Assembly (NCBI GenBank): GCA_951406725.2
Contig: OX597836.1
Coordinates: 39,990,001-40,054,000 of the forward strand
Source of the DNA: Octopus vulgaris
Taxonomy: Eukaryota
Length of the DNA: 64,000 nt
Direction of reading: 5' to 3'
The position numbers and the translations under genes are program-made. Of the stretch, positions 13,700 through 26,879 are shown piece by piece (the stretch's first letter is position 1; each line of letters starts with the position of its first letter). The notes under the pieces were generated by a model. The model made no database searches and was not told the origin of the DNA. It saw only the letters and a program-made list of their open reading frames with translations.

Positions 13700-14070
13700 T
13701 TCTTTCTTCTTATACAGTGTCTAACGAACTGAGCCTACACCTTTTCATATCGTTATGAATCATTCTGGTGGCTTTTACTCGTATAAGGACTCCAATATTT
13801 ACCACTTCATATAAATAGAACCCCTTCAGCATGACTGATAAGATGTTGCGCTTATTTGTTGATGTTAGACGTCTCCCCACCATATGCAAAGATAAATTCT
13901 ATGTATGCCCATAGGACTCGTCTTCTTACTCCCATTGATAGTCCTTTATTTAACAATAATACATGCTTATTCTCGCCATTAGTAAGCCGAGGCTTACTCA
14001 AGTTTCGGCTCAATTTCTTTGAGATCTTTCTTATCTGATTTAATGATCGTTTACAAATATTTCAGTCGAA
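13700..14070 (-). mobile_element. Highly decayed RTE LINE ORF fragment
   Basis: Minus-strand frames give KYL*TIIKSDKKDLKEI and LLNKGLSMGVRRRVLWAYIEFIFAYGGET, resembling the post-RT region of RTE proteins (KYLG..EI..RI / YG.E.W). Confidence 0.5.
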
Positions 14071-14229
14071 TGGTTTGCTTCAAGGTTGTGCGTCCATTAA
14101 CTAGATTTCCCATGTTACTGTAAATTATATGTTACATATCACGTAATCACAATCCACTGTAGCTACTGCCAGAATCTACAAGTGGATAACAATAGAAGGG
14201 ATAGAGAAGAGATTATATTATATCTAGAC

Positions 14230-14491
14230 CAGTGTTACTCAATCGGAGACCTTACTACACATGCAGGACCACATGCGATTTTGCTGTTAAGGTCTATGCG
14301 CAATAAATTGGTTATACTTATGCAAGAGAGAAAAAGTATTTTAACAATTTTTTGATAACAATTCCTAATGATATTTAATTATAAAAATATGATAGGCTTT
14401 TTTAAACAATAAATGGCTATGGGGATCCATCCGAGTTAAATAGTATTCAAAGCGGTTCATAGGCAAAAAAATAAATGGTTATGATCCATAG
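14230..14491. mobile_element. hAT/Charlie-like MITE (degenerate)
   Basis: Ends CAGTGTTACTCAATC / GGTTATGATCCATAG resemble the CAGTGGTTCTCAACC-type TIR. Flanks ATCTAGAC (14222-14229) and ATGTAGAC (14492-14499) form a 7/8 8-bp TSD of the nTCTAGAn kind. Confidence 0.5.
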
Positions 14492-14577
14492 ATGTAGACT
14501 TTCACTTTTCATTCCATACGATCTCTGTATATCGGAGTACTGTTCTCAGCCTGGTGGAAATATGGTGTAAAAAATAA

Positions 14578-14800
14578 GGCGGTGAGCTGGCAGAAACGTG
14601 AGCACGGCGAGCGAAATGCTTTACGGTATTTCGTCTGCCGCTACGTCCTGAGTTCAAATTCCGCCGAGGTCGACCTTGCCTTTCATCCTTGCGGGGTCGA
14701 TTAAATAAGTACCAGTTACGCACTGGGTCGATATTATCAACTTAATCCGTTTGTATGTCCTTGTTTGTCCCCTATGTGTTTAGCCGCTTGTGGATAGTAA
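14578..14800 (+). mobile_element. SINE family A copy
   Basis: GGCGGTGAGCTGGCAGAAACG..GAGTTCAAATTCCGCCGAGGTCGACCTTGCCTTTCATCC..AAGTACCAGTTACGCACTGGGTCG. Confidence 0.85.
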
Positions 14801-15274
14801 AACCGGCCCTTATGACCCAGGCGTGGCTCGAGAAAGAACAAACGTATTATGGTGTGATTTGCTGTTGTTGTAGTTATTTGATCCAGACGAAGTACACCTG
14901 TAATTACTGGTAAACGAGTAATAACTATATAATCGTTTTCTGTATCATAGATTACAATGTGCAATGCATCTTCGTTTCCTTAAGGCGATAGGGTGTGTTA
15001 TACATATGTGTACGTGTGTACATTTGTGTGTGTGTGTGTATTTATATATACACATATCCATACCCTAATCTATAGCAGTGATTCCAACAGAATATATTTG
15101 GGGGATTTCACTCTTCAGGATTAAAATTGTTCTTAGTTCCGAATACTTGGTGGCTTGACCATGTTTTCGTGAACCTGGCATAATAATACCTACATGCACA
15201 ACCACATCTACACACACACACACATACACACACACACAAACACACAAACACACACACACTCATATATATATATA

Positions 15275-16310
15275 CTAGCATTAAAGACCCGTCGTTGCCG
15301 GGTCATAGTACTAGTGCATGTATATATGTGTATATATATGTGTACATATTACATGTACATCTATATATATATCTACACATAAAATACAAAATACAAAGTT
15401 ATATCTTGATATCGCTAGTGATAACAATACTCAAAATATATATAACAAACTGGAATTGTAGGCCCGTCTCTTGTAATTTCGATCAATTGTATCTTGTCCT
15501 TCCTCTTGTATAGAAGTGTGGCTACAATCCAGCCTACCTCTACTTCTGGGGGGGGGGGGGGAGCATTCTAAATTTTTTTCCGGGACGTCCTACGTCCCAG
15601 ATACAAAGGTTAAAATAAAATATTTCCACTTTGCAAGTTCGAGTCGAGTACTCCCTTGCACGCTCCGTTGACTCGAACCTTGCTTCTATTGTGACGAATT
15701 TACCGCCTCTGATTAGATAACTTTCATAGTCGCACCAAGACACTTTTCGAAGGTGTTTTCCTCCATGTGTTCAAATCTTCTTTTTTCTCTACATTGTATA
15801 CTTTATAGACAATAGTCTTTTCTTTAATTTAATTTTTTATTATCCATCTGGACTATTCTATTTCTGCACGCTAATTTTATTTTTAATTTATTCCCATTCA
15901 TGTGAAACCACTTATTCAAGTTCAAGTTATTGATGCAATTTTATACCAATTGCTATTTTTACTTTTTTTTATGTTACGATTATATTATACTTTAGTTTGA
16001 TTTTAATTATTACTTACTACATATAATTCAATTGTTATTATTATTTTTATTGTTAAAGTGAAAGTATCTGACATAAAATAGAGAAATGTTTTTGTTTCAC
16101 TTTTAACACGTAATACTGAAATAGTGGAGAAGATATGATATTGCTATGGGCTCGCTCTAGGCAAGAAGTTGAATATTTGTTTTGCCCATGAAACTACATG
16201 GACCCTAAGTAAGGCATGTGTTAAATTTGAATGAAATTGGTTGCGTAGTTCTCAAGTTTTAGTGAAACACACAGACAGACAGACACACATTCTCAGTTTT
16301 ATATATATAT
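15275..16310 (-). mobile_element. Non-autonomous Helitron-like element
   Basis: The minus-strand 3' end has hairpin GACCCGGCAACGACGGGTC (15286-15304) then TTTAATG-CTAG|T. The 5' region ATATATATAAAACTGAGAATGTGTGTCTGTCTGTCTG is typical of microsatellite-bearing Helitron-N elements. The 5' TC is not preserved. Confidence 0.6.
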
Positions 16311-16415
16311 CAAAATATATACATATGGACGGACTCATTCACACACGTATATATAGTGAAGTAATGGTGATGTCGATGATAGTGGTTGCAGTAGTAGCAT
16401 TAGTACATGTAGTAA

Positions 16416-16472
<57 letters not shown>

Positions 16473-16572
16473 CAGCAGCAGCAGCAACACTAGTACCACC
16501 AATTGTAGTGATGGTGTTGTGGTCACAATGGCCTTTCAATCTATCAAACTACCCCTATGAAACCCAGAGTAA

Positions 16573-16616
<44 letters not shown>

Positions 16617-16953
16617 TCCCATTTTGAGTGTGTGTGATTGTATACGTTTGCGTATAAGTGTACACGCGTAGTTGTGAGTATAAATATGCACGTGCTGTGT
16701 TTATGTGCATGCGTTAGGATATGTGTATGTGTGAGTGTCTATATCTGTACAAATGTCTGACTCAAAGATGCACAGAGAGGAAAACTGAGACGACCACGAC
16801 TCTAAGATCAACGAACCAAATATGTAAAGACACACACATACACACAAACATGATTACACATACACACACAAGATCATAAAGTTCATCGGCACACACATGC
16901 GTTTGTGTGCATGAATGTGTACGTATATACTTGTGCATATGTATGTGTGCATA

Positions 16954-16990
<37 letters not shown>

Positions 16991-16993
16991 GAT

Positions 16994-17030
<37 letters not shown>

Positions 17031-17074
17031 TGTATGTATGTGTCTGTGTATTTATCCGTATACCTATGTATATG

Positions 17075-17118
<44 letters not shown>

Positions 17119-17253
17119 AGCGTGTGTGTGTTTTATGTATATATGCTATTTATAGTATAAACATACATATGCATGTGTACAGGAATATATATAAATATAT
17201 AAAAATATGTATGCATGCATGCATATTTTATATATATATAAATATGTATATAT

Positions 17254-17376
<123 letters not shown>

Positions 17377-18187
17377 TATGTATGTATGTATGTTTACATA
17401 CACAAAACACACACACAAATACACACATATATACGAACAACAAACACGATATATATTCAACAATAAATACATGAAGGAAATTTTTGTTTGCTTTTGAAGA
17501 AAAAAAAATAGGAAGCAAAAAATGTAGACGCAATTAAAACCAACGTATTTTCTTTATATTTCCTTATATTTCTATTGAATTTGTCTTGTCTTATTTCACG
17601 TCTGTTTATCTTTTCTTCTCTTAATTTCTCGTCTGTTTATCTCTCACCATTGTCATTGTACATTTGCTCTATTATTAACGTCATTGTTTTGTTATTGACA
17701 GCACACAAACATAGTAATTATCTACCAAACTATTCTACAACTTCCGTAAATATCTAAATCTTATAAAAGACAATCATGAAACTACACAATGAACGGCGAA
17801 GTTAAGGAAATTTACACAAGCAACCACTATTATCAATTGAGAATGTCCTCCATTGAGACAGTAAAACCGCTAATAGATTTCGGGGTTTTATAGACATTTA
17901 GTGAGCATTACGTGTTTAATTTGTGGTTTTATTTTCAATTTTATTGGTTGTCAGTGGGCACTAGATAGTTTCGTAGTGGTTTCTAAACACGCTTTAATTT
18001 TAATATATCTTTTCACTGTGTCAGCATTATTAAGAGCAAATGCAGAACAATACGTGACCATGAAAAGTGAAGACACCTGGATTATAATTTTGGTGTTATT
18101 ATGTTTGTTAAATGAGAAATCTGGATTTTCAGATGTTTTTTATAGAATTATAAATGTCAACGAGAATTATCTGTAGTCATTTCCAAG

Positions 18188-18343
18188 GCATGGCTGTGTG
18201 GTTGAGAAGATCGCTTCCCAACCATGTAGTCTCGCGTTCAGTCCCATTTCGTGGTATCTTCGGAAAGTTCCTTCTACAATAACCTCGGCCTGACCAAGGC
18301 TTTCTGAGTAGATTTGGTTGGCGGAAACTGAAAGGTGCTAGTC
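18188..18343 (+). mobile_element. SINE family B, diverged 5' half
   Basis: GGCATGGCTGTGTGGTTGAGAAG..GTTCAGTCCC..GGAAACTGAAAG. Confidence 0.7.
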
Positions 18344-18381
<38 letters not shown>

Positions 18382-18601
18382 TGTTAAACCTCGCTAAGAC
18401 AAATATTTCAATCACCTGAAGATTGACTGTAACTCGAACTTTTACGAATTGGACAGCCATGAAACGATTGTAGTGTTATACTCATTATCTTTTTTTAATA
18501 ATTTTGATATATTTTAAAAATAATATAAATTAATTAATCTTATGTATTGGCTTAAGTTTTTCATTGTATGATTTGCCTATAGTGATTTTATCTCTAATTT
18601 A

Positions 18602-18658
<57 letters not shown>

Positions 18659-18679
18659 GTGTGTGTGTGTGTGTATTGT

Positions 18680-18976
18680 GAGGGTGCATGGCCAAGTGAT
18701 TAGGGTGTTGCACTCACTATCACAAGATCGTGATTTCAATTCCTAGGCCAGGTGGCGCGTTATGCTCTTCAGCAAAACACTTCATATCACGTCGCTCTGC
18801 GATCACTTCGACACCTGACGCGTGGCATACCTTGCACCAGTTCAGGCAACGTCGATTTAATGGAGAGAGTGAGCTAATGTGCGGCACTATAAACAATTTG
18901 ATCCCTATAAACAAATCTTTTGTGCAGGTCGTTCAGCGAGAGCTGGATGCCCATACGTCATCTTCGACGGGAGGGT

Positions 18977-18982
<6 letters not shown>
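18680..18982 (+). mobile_element. tRNA-derived SINE family D (related head, RTE-like tail)
   Basis: Head GGGTGCATGGCCAAGTGATTAGGGTGTTGCACTC..GATTTCAATTCC and tail CGTCATCTTCGACGGGAGGGTCCATCAT. Related pieces lie at ~34560-34675 (-) and ~37750-37905 (+). Confidence 0.6.
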
Positions 18983-19012
<30 letters not shown>

Positions 19013-19040
19013 AAAAAAGCAACAAGAATGGATCAAAATA

Positions 19041-19125
19041 TCGGTACAATTGTTTCGTACGAAGACATCTTTAATAAGGCTACAAAAATTGCAGTAAATA
19101 TAGATGGCTCGTAATCATCAGCCGA
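19041..19125 (-). ncRNA. Type I hammerhead ribozyme-like motif
   Basis: Minus strand: UCGG-CUGAUGA-UUACGAG..UUCGUAC-GAAA-CAAUUG-UA-CCGA. Stem I is 4 bp, stem III is the palindrome ACAAUUGU, and the cleavage triplet is GUA. The first stem II pair is mismatched. Confidence 0.7.
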
Positions 19126-19319
19126 AAAAACATCCGAGATTTCCAAACATCAAAGGGGATAATGTTACAATCGTGAAACATCATGGAGAGTTCTATAAAA
19201 GTGGAAAATTTAGATAACAAATTGGTTTCTAAGATTTCAGGTAGTATTACATAGTCATATATCAGGTTTATAAAAAAGTCTTTTCAAAACCTCATTTGAA
19301 TCTTAATTGCTTAAACCGT

Positions 19320-19358
<39 letters not shown>

Positions 19359-19861
19359 AATATGTGTGTGTGTGTGTGTTTATAGATATACAGACATGTG
19401 TGTGTATATCTATAAGTACAAAGTTAAAAAAGAAAAATTTGGAGCAATGGGTAAAATACCTTGTGGTCTTTATTCCGGGTCTTTACGTTCAGAGTTCAAA
19501 TCCAGCCAATTTAACACTACCTTCTATCTTCTTGAGATCTGTAAAATACAGTAGCAGTGAAGTACAGGTGCAGAATTAATCGACTATTCTCACCCCGCTC
19601 CAATTTATGACCATAAACCTATATTAAAAATGGCTATTACTTTAGGAGGCGGGCTAGCAGAATTACGGCTGCGCTGGACAAAACGTTTAACGTAATTTCT
19701 TTCGGTTCTATACAAGTTGAGTTCAAACACCACCGAGGTTGTTTTTACGTGTCGTCTTTTCATGGTTAACAAAATGAATATCAGTCAAGTAGTGGAGTCG
19801 AAGATATAAACTAGCTTTGTTTCCCTAATATTTCAGGCTTCGCGTCTAGATTAGAAAATCT

Positions 19862-20278
19862 GGATCTTTTCGGTTTGAACGGCAGTTTTTTTCTAGCGGT
19901 GTCATATGAAATTGTCACCCATAATTATGACCCTAGAATCGATCTATAGCATTTCAATCTCTTTTAGGGTTAGGGGTGGGGGTGGGGGGAAGGGTATCTT
20001 TTTTCTTCACAAATGTAAATAAACCCAATCTGTTTCTTAAACGAGGGACATATTCATACGGCACAGAATGCTTTTTAACTCAATAGACGTCACTGATTGG
20101 TTGAAATTGCAGAAATTGAAGAAAAACAACAACAAATATCTTACAAACTATAGAATTTTCTCAATAAAGCCAACAGAAAAAGATGTTTTATAAACACATT
20201 CTACCAGTATACACAATTTAAAAATTTTTAGTTACCTAGAAATTATGTCAAAAACTGCCGTTCAAACCGAAAAGATCT
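19862..20278. mobile_element. MITE with 28-bp perfect TIRs (possibly Merlin-type)
   Basis: GATCTTTTCGGTTTGAACGGCAGTTTTT (19863-19890) and its exact reverse complement (20250-20277). Flanks GAAAATCT / GAAAAACT form a 7/8 candidate TSD. The interior contains TTAGGGTTAGGG. Confidence 0.85.
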
Positions 20279-20794
20279 GAAAAACTTATTGTTGCTCTTA
20301 TTGTTAGTTATTTCTATTGAACAATCTGTCGTACTAAATATTATTAGGTTCAGGAAAATGAAATATAATGTTGCGTGAAGTCACCTGCTGAACTTCTCCG
20401 TTAGCCTCTTGAACCTATTAGAAGTGCGTTTTATCTGAGATAGACATCACTGAAAGCCATCTTGGATTGTAGCTTTAAGAACGGCGTCAGATAACTAGTT
20501 CATTTTCAGTTAGAAATTCACCGTAATTATTTATTGCAACCAAAGAGAATCACCTACATAACCACCTCTACCACCTCAAACATAATCGCCAACACCAAAA
20601 CCACCCACAACAATAATAACAACCACAACTAGTCGTTGTTAATAGATATTTTGATTATATACGTTATTAGAACTGACAAGAAAAGAAATATTGTGCTTGG
20701 TATTTCGAATGGTATGGCAGTAACTTAATTAACTGCAATACCAAAAAAATTTCCGCATTCAGAGGTCACAGATTTGGTACCATATAGGGTTAAA

Positions 20795-20995
20795 AAGCTG
20801 CGAGAAAAGATCGCAAGATATGGTAACTAAGCCGAGCTAATCAACGCGAGACCTACGGGTAGACCACGAGTGAAACGATTGGATAAGATCCATAGTTTCG
20901 TTTGAGAATCTAGTAAGAGAGTTTAAAGACGGCTGTTTCTGATTGGACCTTGTAGAGGAGGTTCCTGAGGATTTTATTCCCACGATTCTATTAGG
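20795..20995 (+). mobile_element. Decayed RTE-like LINE 3' fragment
   Basis: Translates ..ARPTGRPRVKRLDKI.., resembling the RPRGRPRxRWxD motif of RTE C-termini; heavily disrupted. Confidence 0.35.
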
Positions 20996-21962
20996 GATTG
21001 TGGGCAACAAATACGGACGGCTAGATGACCTGAAAATATACAATTAAATATTAATTTGGGGAGCTAAATAGGCAGGATTCTGGTTTAAGTACTCATAAAA
21101 CTCTTCATAATTTTCTTATTTTGGGGAATTTTCAGACAAGTCTTACAAGTTAGTGTTCTACACACGAGAATTTATATGATTATGCTATTTTTTAAGTCCT
21201 AACCAACCCCAATCCACCCCATAAATACTAAAAGTTCCACTGTTTTTCGCATTTATTTTTAAATCAGAGTTTAAAATATGAAAATTCCAAATTTTTGTCT
21301 TAATTCCAAACAATAGATCAGCGAAGGTGTTTATGGGGAGAAAAATATTGAAAAACACCAATACTAGCTAAAGTGACAAAGAAACAAGGTTGTGAAACGC
21401 GCTAAAAGCAACAGCTAAATCGCCCTTAAATCAAATAATTTTTTGGCATTATCATATGAATTCCCGTGTGAAGAACAAATTCGCAAAAATTACTGAAAAT
21501 TGCAAAATATAAAAAAAGTTAGGAAAAAATATATGCGTTGCTTAAACCGGAATCCCGCCACTAAATAAGTCTGTGATAAAATGTCTGACATAACCTACCT
21601 TCATCGTTTCTTTAGCTGAGAAACAATTCTTACTTATTGAGAATCTGGTGTGTTGTTTTCTTCGTAATTTCCACCCTAGACCAACAATTTTCAGAAGAAA
21701 GGGATGACATTTACATTGACCCCAATTCTCAACTAGGACTTGTTTTGTCAACCTCGAGGTAGGAAAGCAGTCTGCCCTGAACGACGCTTTTATACGGGTG
21801 GCACTTTTTGGTTTGTGCACGAGCCGGTATAGACTTATAAACCCAAAGATGCGTCGGAAGTTCAAGAGCATGCTATCGATGACACATCCTTTAGCTATGA
21901 CAGCAGCTATGGTGCAAAACACTTTTCGTCCACATTGCCTCGTTATACGGCAAAAATTTATA

Positions 21963-22530
21963 TTGGGTTGCCCGGAAAGTTCGTGCCGATTTATAGTAGC
22001 TTAACTTTCGACTTATTTTGGAACATGTTTGAGTTCATAAAATAGGATTTGACTACACCTCCATTGAGAGCACAGTTTAAGCCATCTTTTCGTGGAAGAA
22101 GGTTTATGTTCCTATAACCTGTGTTAATTCTGTAACCCTTTAAAATGGAAGACAAGAAAGTTCATTTTCAGCACTTGATGCTTTGGGAACCAGACAAAAA
22201 TTGCTGCAGCTCGACTATGATGTGTTACCCCACCCTCTATATTCACCAGATATTGCTCCTTTGGATTTCCACTTATTCAGGTCTCTGCAGAATAGTCTTA
22301 ATGGTTAAAATTTCAATTCCTTGGATGACATAAAAAGATACCTTGATGAATTCTTTGCCATGAAAGCACCTCAATTCTGGGAAGAGAGTATTTTTAAGTT
22401 AAAGGAAAGATGTAGACGCATTGTGCAACAAAATGGTTCATATTTGGATGATTAAAAATGTAATGGCATGTATATTCATTGACCTTTTTCTTTCCTTTAA
22501 AAATCGGCACAAACTTTCCGGACAACCCAA
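21963..22530 (+). mobile_element. Internally deleted mariner element (568 bp)
   Basis: 30-bp TIRs TTGGGTTGCCCGGAAAGTTCGTGCCGATTT / AAATCGGCACAAACTTTCCGGACAACCCAA (2 mismatches) with TA on both sides. It encodes the N-terminus MEDKKVHFQHLMLWE fused to the C-terminus VLPHPLYSPDIAPLDFHLFRSLQNSL..IVQQNGSYLDD*. Confidence 0.92.
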
Positions 22531-23004
22531 TATTTGAGTATTCTATAATATTTAGCATGTTGGTGACTGTGCCGTTGCCATGTGAAGAAATGGTGGAAAT
22601 GCTTCCGTTTGGCAAACAGTGTTCGTATGTATCGGAGTTGTTGACAACATTTCCACTCGTAGTTTTCAAACTGACGTTTTTGGCTGTTAAAATATTATCG
22701 CTTACTGTTTGTTCAACATTAATGTGTTGCTATGCAATTAAATTACTGCCAGTTCTTTTTCTATTTGTGAAGTGAGTTATTTTGTTCGTAGTCAATATCC
22801 TTTTCGGAGCCGTGTCTCCAAAATTTGGCAACTACTTTTCTCTGTGTATACAGAGAAAAGAAAAAATAAAATTTATTTAAAATCAAGAGAGAAAATTATT
22901 TGTCTGTCTAAACCCTGCATGAACGAAGTTGAGACGGAGCTATCCTTATGTGAATATAATAAATTATATTCTGTTCTACTATATATATATATATATGCTA
23001 ACAT

Positions 23005-23790
23005 TTCTTATTTTTTATTGCCCATAAGGAGCTAAGCATAGAGGGGGGAAACAAGAACAGACAAAAGGGTTAATTCGACTATATCGACCTCAGTGCGCAA
23101 CTGGTACTTAATTTATCGACCCCGAAAGAATGAAAGGCAAAGTTGTCCTCGGTGGAATTTGAACTCAGAACGTAAAGGCAGACGAAATACCTATTTCTTT
23201 ACTACCCACAAGGGGCTAAACGCAGAGAGGACAAACAAGGACAGACAAACGGATTCAGTCGATTATATCGACCCCAGTGCGTAACTGGTGCTTATTTAAT
23301 CGACCCCGAAAGGCTGAAAGGCAAAGTCGACCTCGGCGGAATTTGAACTCAGAACGTAACGGTAGACGAAATATCTATTTCTTTACAACCCACAAGGGAC
23401 TAAACACAGAGCAGACAAACAAGGACAGACAAACGGATTCAGTCGATTATATCGACCCCAGTGCGTAACTGGTACTTATTTAATCGACCCTGAAAGTCTG
23501 AAAGGCAAAGTCGACCTCGGCGAAATTTGAACTCAGAACGTAACGGTAGACGAAATACCTATTTCTTTACTTCCCACAAGGGGCTAAACACAGAGAGGAC
23601 AAACAAGGACAGACAAACGGATTCAGTCGATTATATCGACCCCAGTGCGTAACTGGTACTTATTTAATCGAAACTGAAAGGCTGAAAGGCAAAGTCGACC
23701 TCGGCAGAATTTGAACTCAGAACGTAACGGCAGACGAAATACCGCTAAGCATTTCGTCCGGCGCGCTAACGTTTCTGCCAGCTCGCCGCC
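23005..23790 (-). mobile_element. Tandem array of SINE family A units (4 x 184 bp)
   Basis: The GTGCG(T/C)AACTGGT landmark recurs at 23093, 23277, 23461 and 23645; there is one intact head, at ~23790. Confidence 0.9.
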
Positions 23791-24324
23791 CGCCCTTGAT
23801 CTTGGTTTGATTGCCTCTCAGTAACCTTGCAGTTCGGCCAAAACGAAACTAATAAATACAAGACGTAAAATCAAGTACTGCAGACAATTTATTCGACGAA
23901 ACCATTCAAGGCGATGGCGGTGCCCTAACATGACTGCGGTTCCATGACTGACACAAAGAAAATTGGAAAAAATGCCGCACGTTTATCTTGTTGGATCTCT
24001 TAACTATTCTACAAATCTATTATCCTTCATAATAATCATTCATCACTCGTCACAAAACTGATGGACGAAGCCACATTGTAAGGACAAACTACAAAAATTG
24101 GGAATGTTTTATATAATATATATTGTTGCTGCATATTTCATGAATTCCGGAAAAGTACACCTGACCTCGGCAGGATTTAAACATTGAATTATCGTTACTA
24201 AATAGCGTAAAGATCTGGCGTAATAGGCGAATGAAATCTTCATTCGGCTGATTCTTCTAAATCCACTGTCACCAGCTGTCCCCGCTAATGTATATATATA
24301 TATGTGTGTGTGTGTGTGTATGTG

Positions 24325-24448
<124 letters not shown>

Positions 24449-25544
24449 GTGCATCTATATATATATATACGTACGTACATTTACATATATATATATATAT
24501 ATACATACATACGCACAAACACATACAGACATGCAAACACACACACACACACACATATGCACACACATACACACACACACATACACACACACACACACGT
24601 TCACCTTTCTACTTAAAGAGAAACCTATAGTTTTGCACTTTACGTTTTGTGAAGGAATGGACATCTTTGCTAATGTTCTCCATTCCAGTTCCCAGTCCAT
24701 CTTTTACCATCACTTTTTTTTTTCTGTCTTTTTGGTTCTTCTTCTTTTCTTTCTCTCCCTCTCTCCCTCATTTCTCTCTATCTATCTATCTATCTATCTA
24801 TATCTATCTATCTATCTATCGCTTTTTCTTATTAGCGCTCTTTCTATCTTTCGTTCGTTCTTCTTATCGTTCATCCAACTAGTATCCGAGAATCAACGTG
24901 CTGCAGTGGTTTTTCTTCATAGTTCACATAACAGTATAATGCTTGAATTGATCGAATCCAGTAGGCGGTATTTTAACTGAAATGGAAACGAAAAATCAAA
25001 ACAAAGAAAAAAAACATAACAACGTTAATAAGAACAGCAACAACAATTTATAAACTCTTAAAGAAATACAAATACAAATACAAGAAAATATACCACAAAA
25101 AAACAGATTCGAAATTAGAAGAGAATTAGAAGAAAATATTCTGTTGAATTTTTATTTATACAGAATTTGCAGTGCTTGTGTCTTGGAGGCAGCAGTTATA
25201 AGAAGTGGCAATTGAAATGTCAATTTCATGAACCAATTCCAGCTTAGAATATAATGTCGATGCTAAAGAGTTCAATTATTTATCAAACATTGTAAAATAA
25301 ATACTTACCATAAAAATACAACGGAAATATTCGTCAACAAAAATCATCATCAACGGAAAAGCTATAAGAGAAAAAAAATTACATATGGTTATAATTTATT
25401 CCTTCGTGGTTTCTAAAGGAACTTATGAGTGAGTAGATTCCTCCGTCGTTCTCGACGATGAGCATGCAGTTGTTTGACAAATCGAATGAGTTCCTATTCA
25501 AGGATTAATCTGTCCTAAGATCACATGGCGAAGGATCATTGACA

Positions 25545-25662
25545 AGGATAGGAGACAAAGATGGAGAAGCTGGAATGAAACCGGAACAGTGGAATGAAAC
25601 CGAGGCGGTCAGTAAGATCGTGTTGCGGCCGCATGTGCCTCAGGGCACGGAGAGAACTAACT
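25545..25662 (+). mobile_element. Possible RTE-like LINE extreme 3' fragment
   Basis: Ends ..GTTGCGGCCGCATGTGCCTCAGGGCACGGAGAGAACTAACTA (VAAACASGHGEN*), similar to the ends of some RTE ORFs. Confidence 0.35.
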
Positions 25663-25780
25663 ATTATGACGGTAAATAAACCGACTGGGTTTATAAGACG
25701 ACTCCAGAATTTCTTTTCTAACATTTAGGCTCTGAGATAAAATGCTGTATAAGACTATCTGACAATATTTCACCTTTGAA

Positions 25781-26610
25781 GGGGGCGAGCTGGCAAAAAC
25801 GTTAGCACGCCGCGCGAGATGCTTAGCAATATTTCGTCTGTTGCTACGTTCTGAGTTCAAATTCCGCCGAGGTCGACTTTGCCTTTCATCCTTTTGGGGC
25901 TCGATTAAATAAGTACCAGTTACGCACTGGGGTCGATATAATCGACTTAATCTGTTTGTCTGTCCTTGCTTGTCTCCTCTGTGTTTAGCCCCTCGTGGGT
26001 AGTAAAGAAATAGGTATTTCGTCTGCCGTTATGTTCTGAGTTCAAATTCCGCCGAGGTCGACTTTGCCTTTCATCCTTTCGGGGTCGATTAAATAAGTAC
26101 CAGTTACGCACTGGGGTCGATATAATCGACTTAATCCGTTTGTCTGTCCTTGCTTGTCTCCTCTGTGTTTAGCCCCTCGTGGGTAGTAAAGAAATAGGTA
26201 TTTCGTCTACCGTTATTTTCTGAGTTCAAATTCCGCCGAGGTCGACTTTGCCTTTCATCCTTTCGGGGTCGATAAATTAAGTACCAGTTACGCACTGAGG
26301 TCGACTTAATCCGTTTGTCTGTCCTTGTTGGTCCTCTCTATGCTTAGCCCCTCGTGGGCAATAAAGAAATAAGAAAAATTAGCACGCCGGGTGACATGCT
26401 TTGCGATATTTCATCTGATGTTATATTCTGAATTCAAATTCCGCCAAGGTAGACTTTGCCTTTCATCCTTTCGGGGTCGATTAAATAAGTACCAGTTACG
26501 CACTGGGGTCTATATAATCGACTTAATCCGTTTGTCTGTCCTTGTTTGTCCCTTCTGTGTGTAACCCTTTGTGTGCAGTAAAGAAATAGGTATTTCGTCT
26601 ATCTTTACGT
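25781..26610 (+). mobile_element. Tandem array of SINE family A units (about 4 units of 184-208 bp)
   Basis: TTCAAATTCCGCC(G/A)AGGT recurs at ~25856, 26041, 26225 and 26433; the array starts with the head GGGGCGAGCTGGCAAAAACG. Confidence 0.9.
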
Positions 26611-26879
26611 GTGTGTGCGTGTTTGTGTGTTTGTACGTTTGTTGTGTGTCTATTGTGTGCGCGCGCCACTGCGAATAATCTATGTTATGTAAATGATAAA
26701 TATGTGTTTTACTGTAATTTAATTCACAGATACATTTGTCGATAATCGCTAGCACACACGTTGTTAGCTTGCGATTTACCGGTATTTATTTGTGGTTTAT
26801 GTGTTATAATACTGTGTACGATGTATATTTACCAGAAGCGTATCTGTTGTTCGCTGTGATTTAGCATTAGTCTACCTAT

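Noticed and set aside
21542-21922. 126-aa non-repetitive ORF
   Set aside because: No recognisable motif, no splice context, and an alternative start only.
23005-23790. Regularly spaced repeats resembling a CRISPR array
   Set aside because: The units are whole 184-bp SINE segments with no unique spacers; eukaryotic context and no cas genes.
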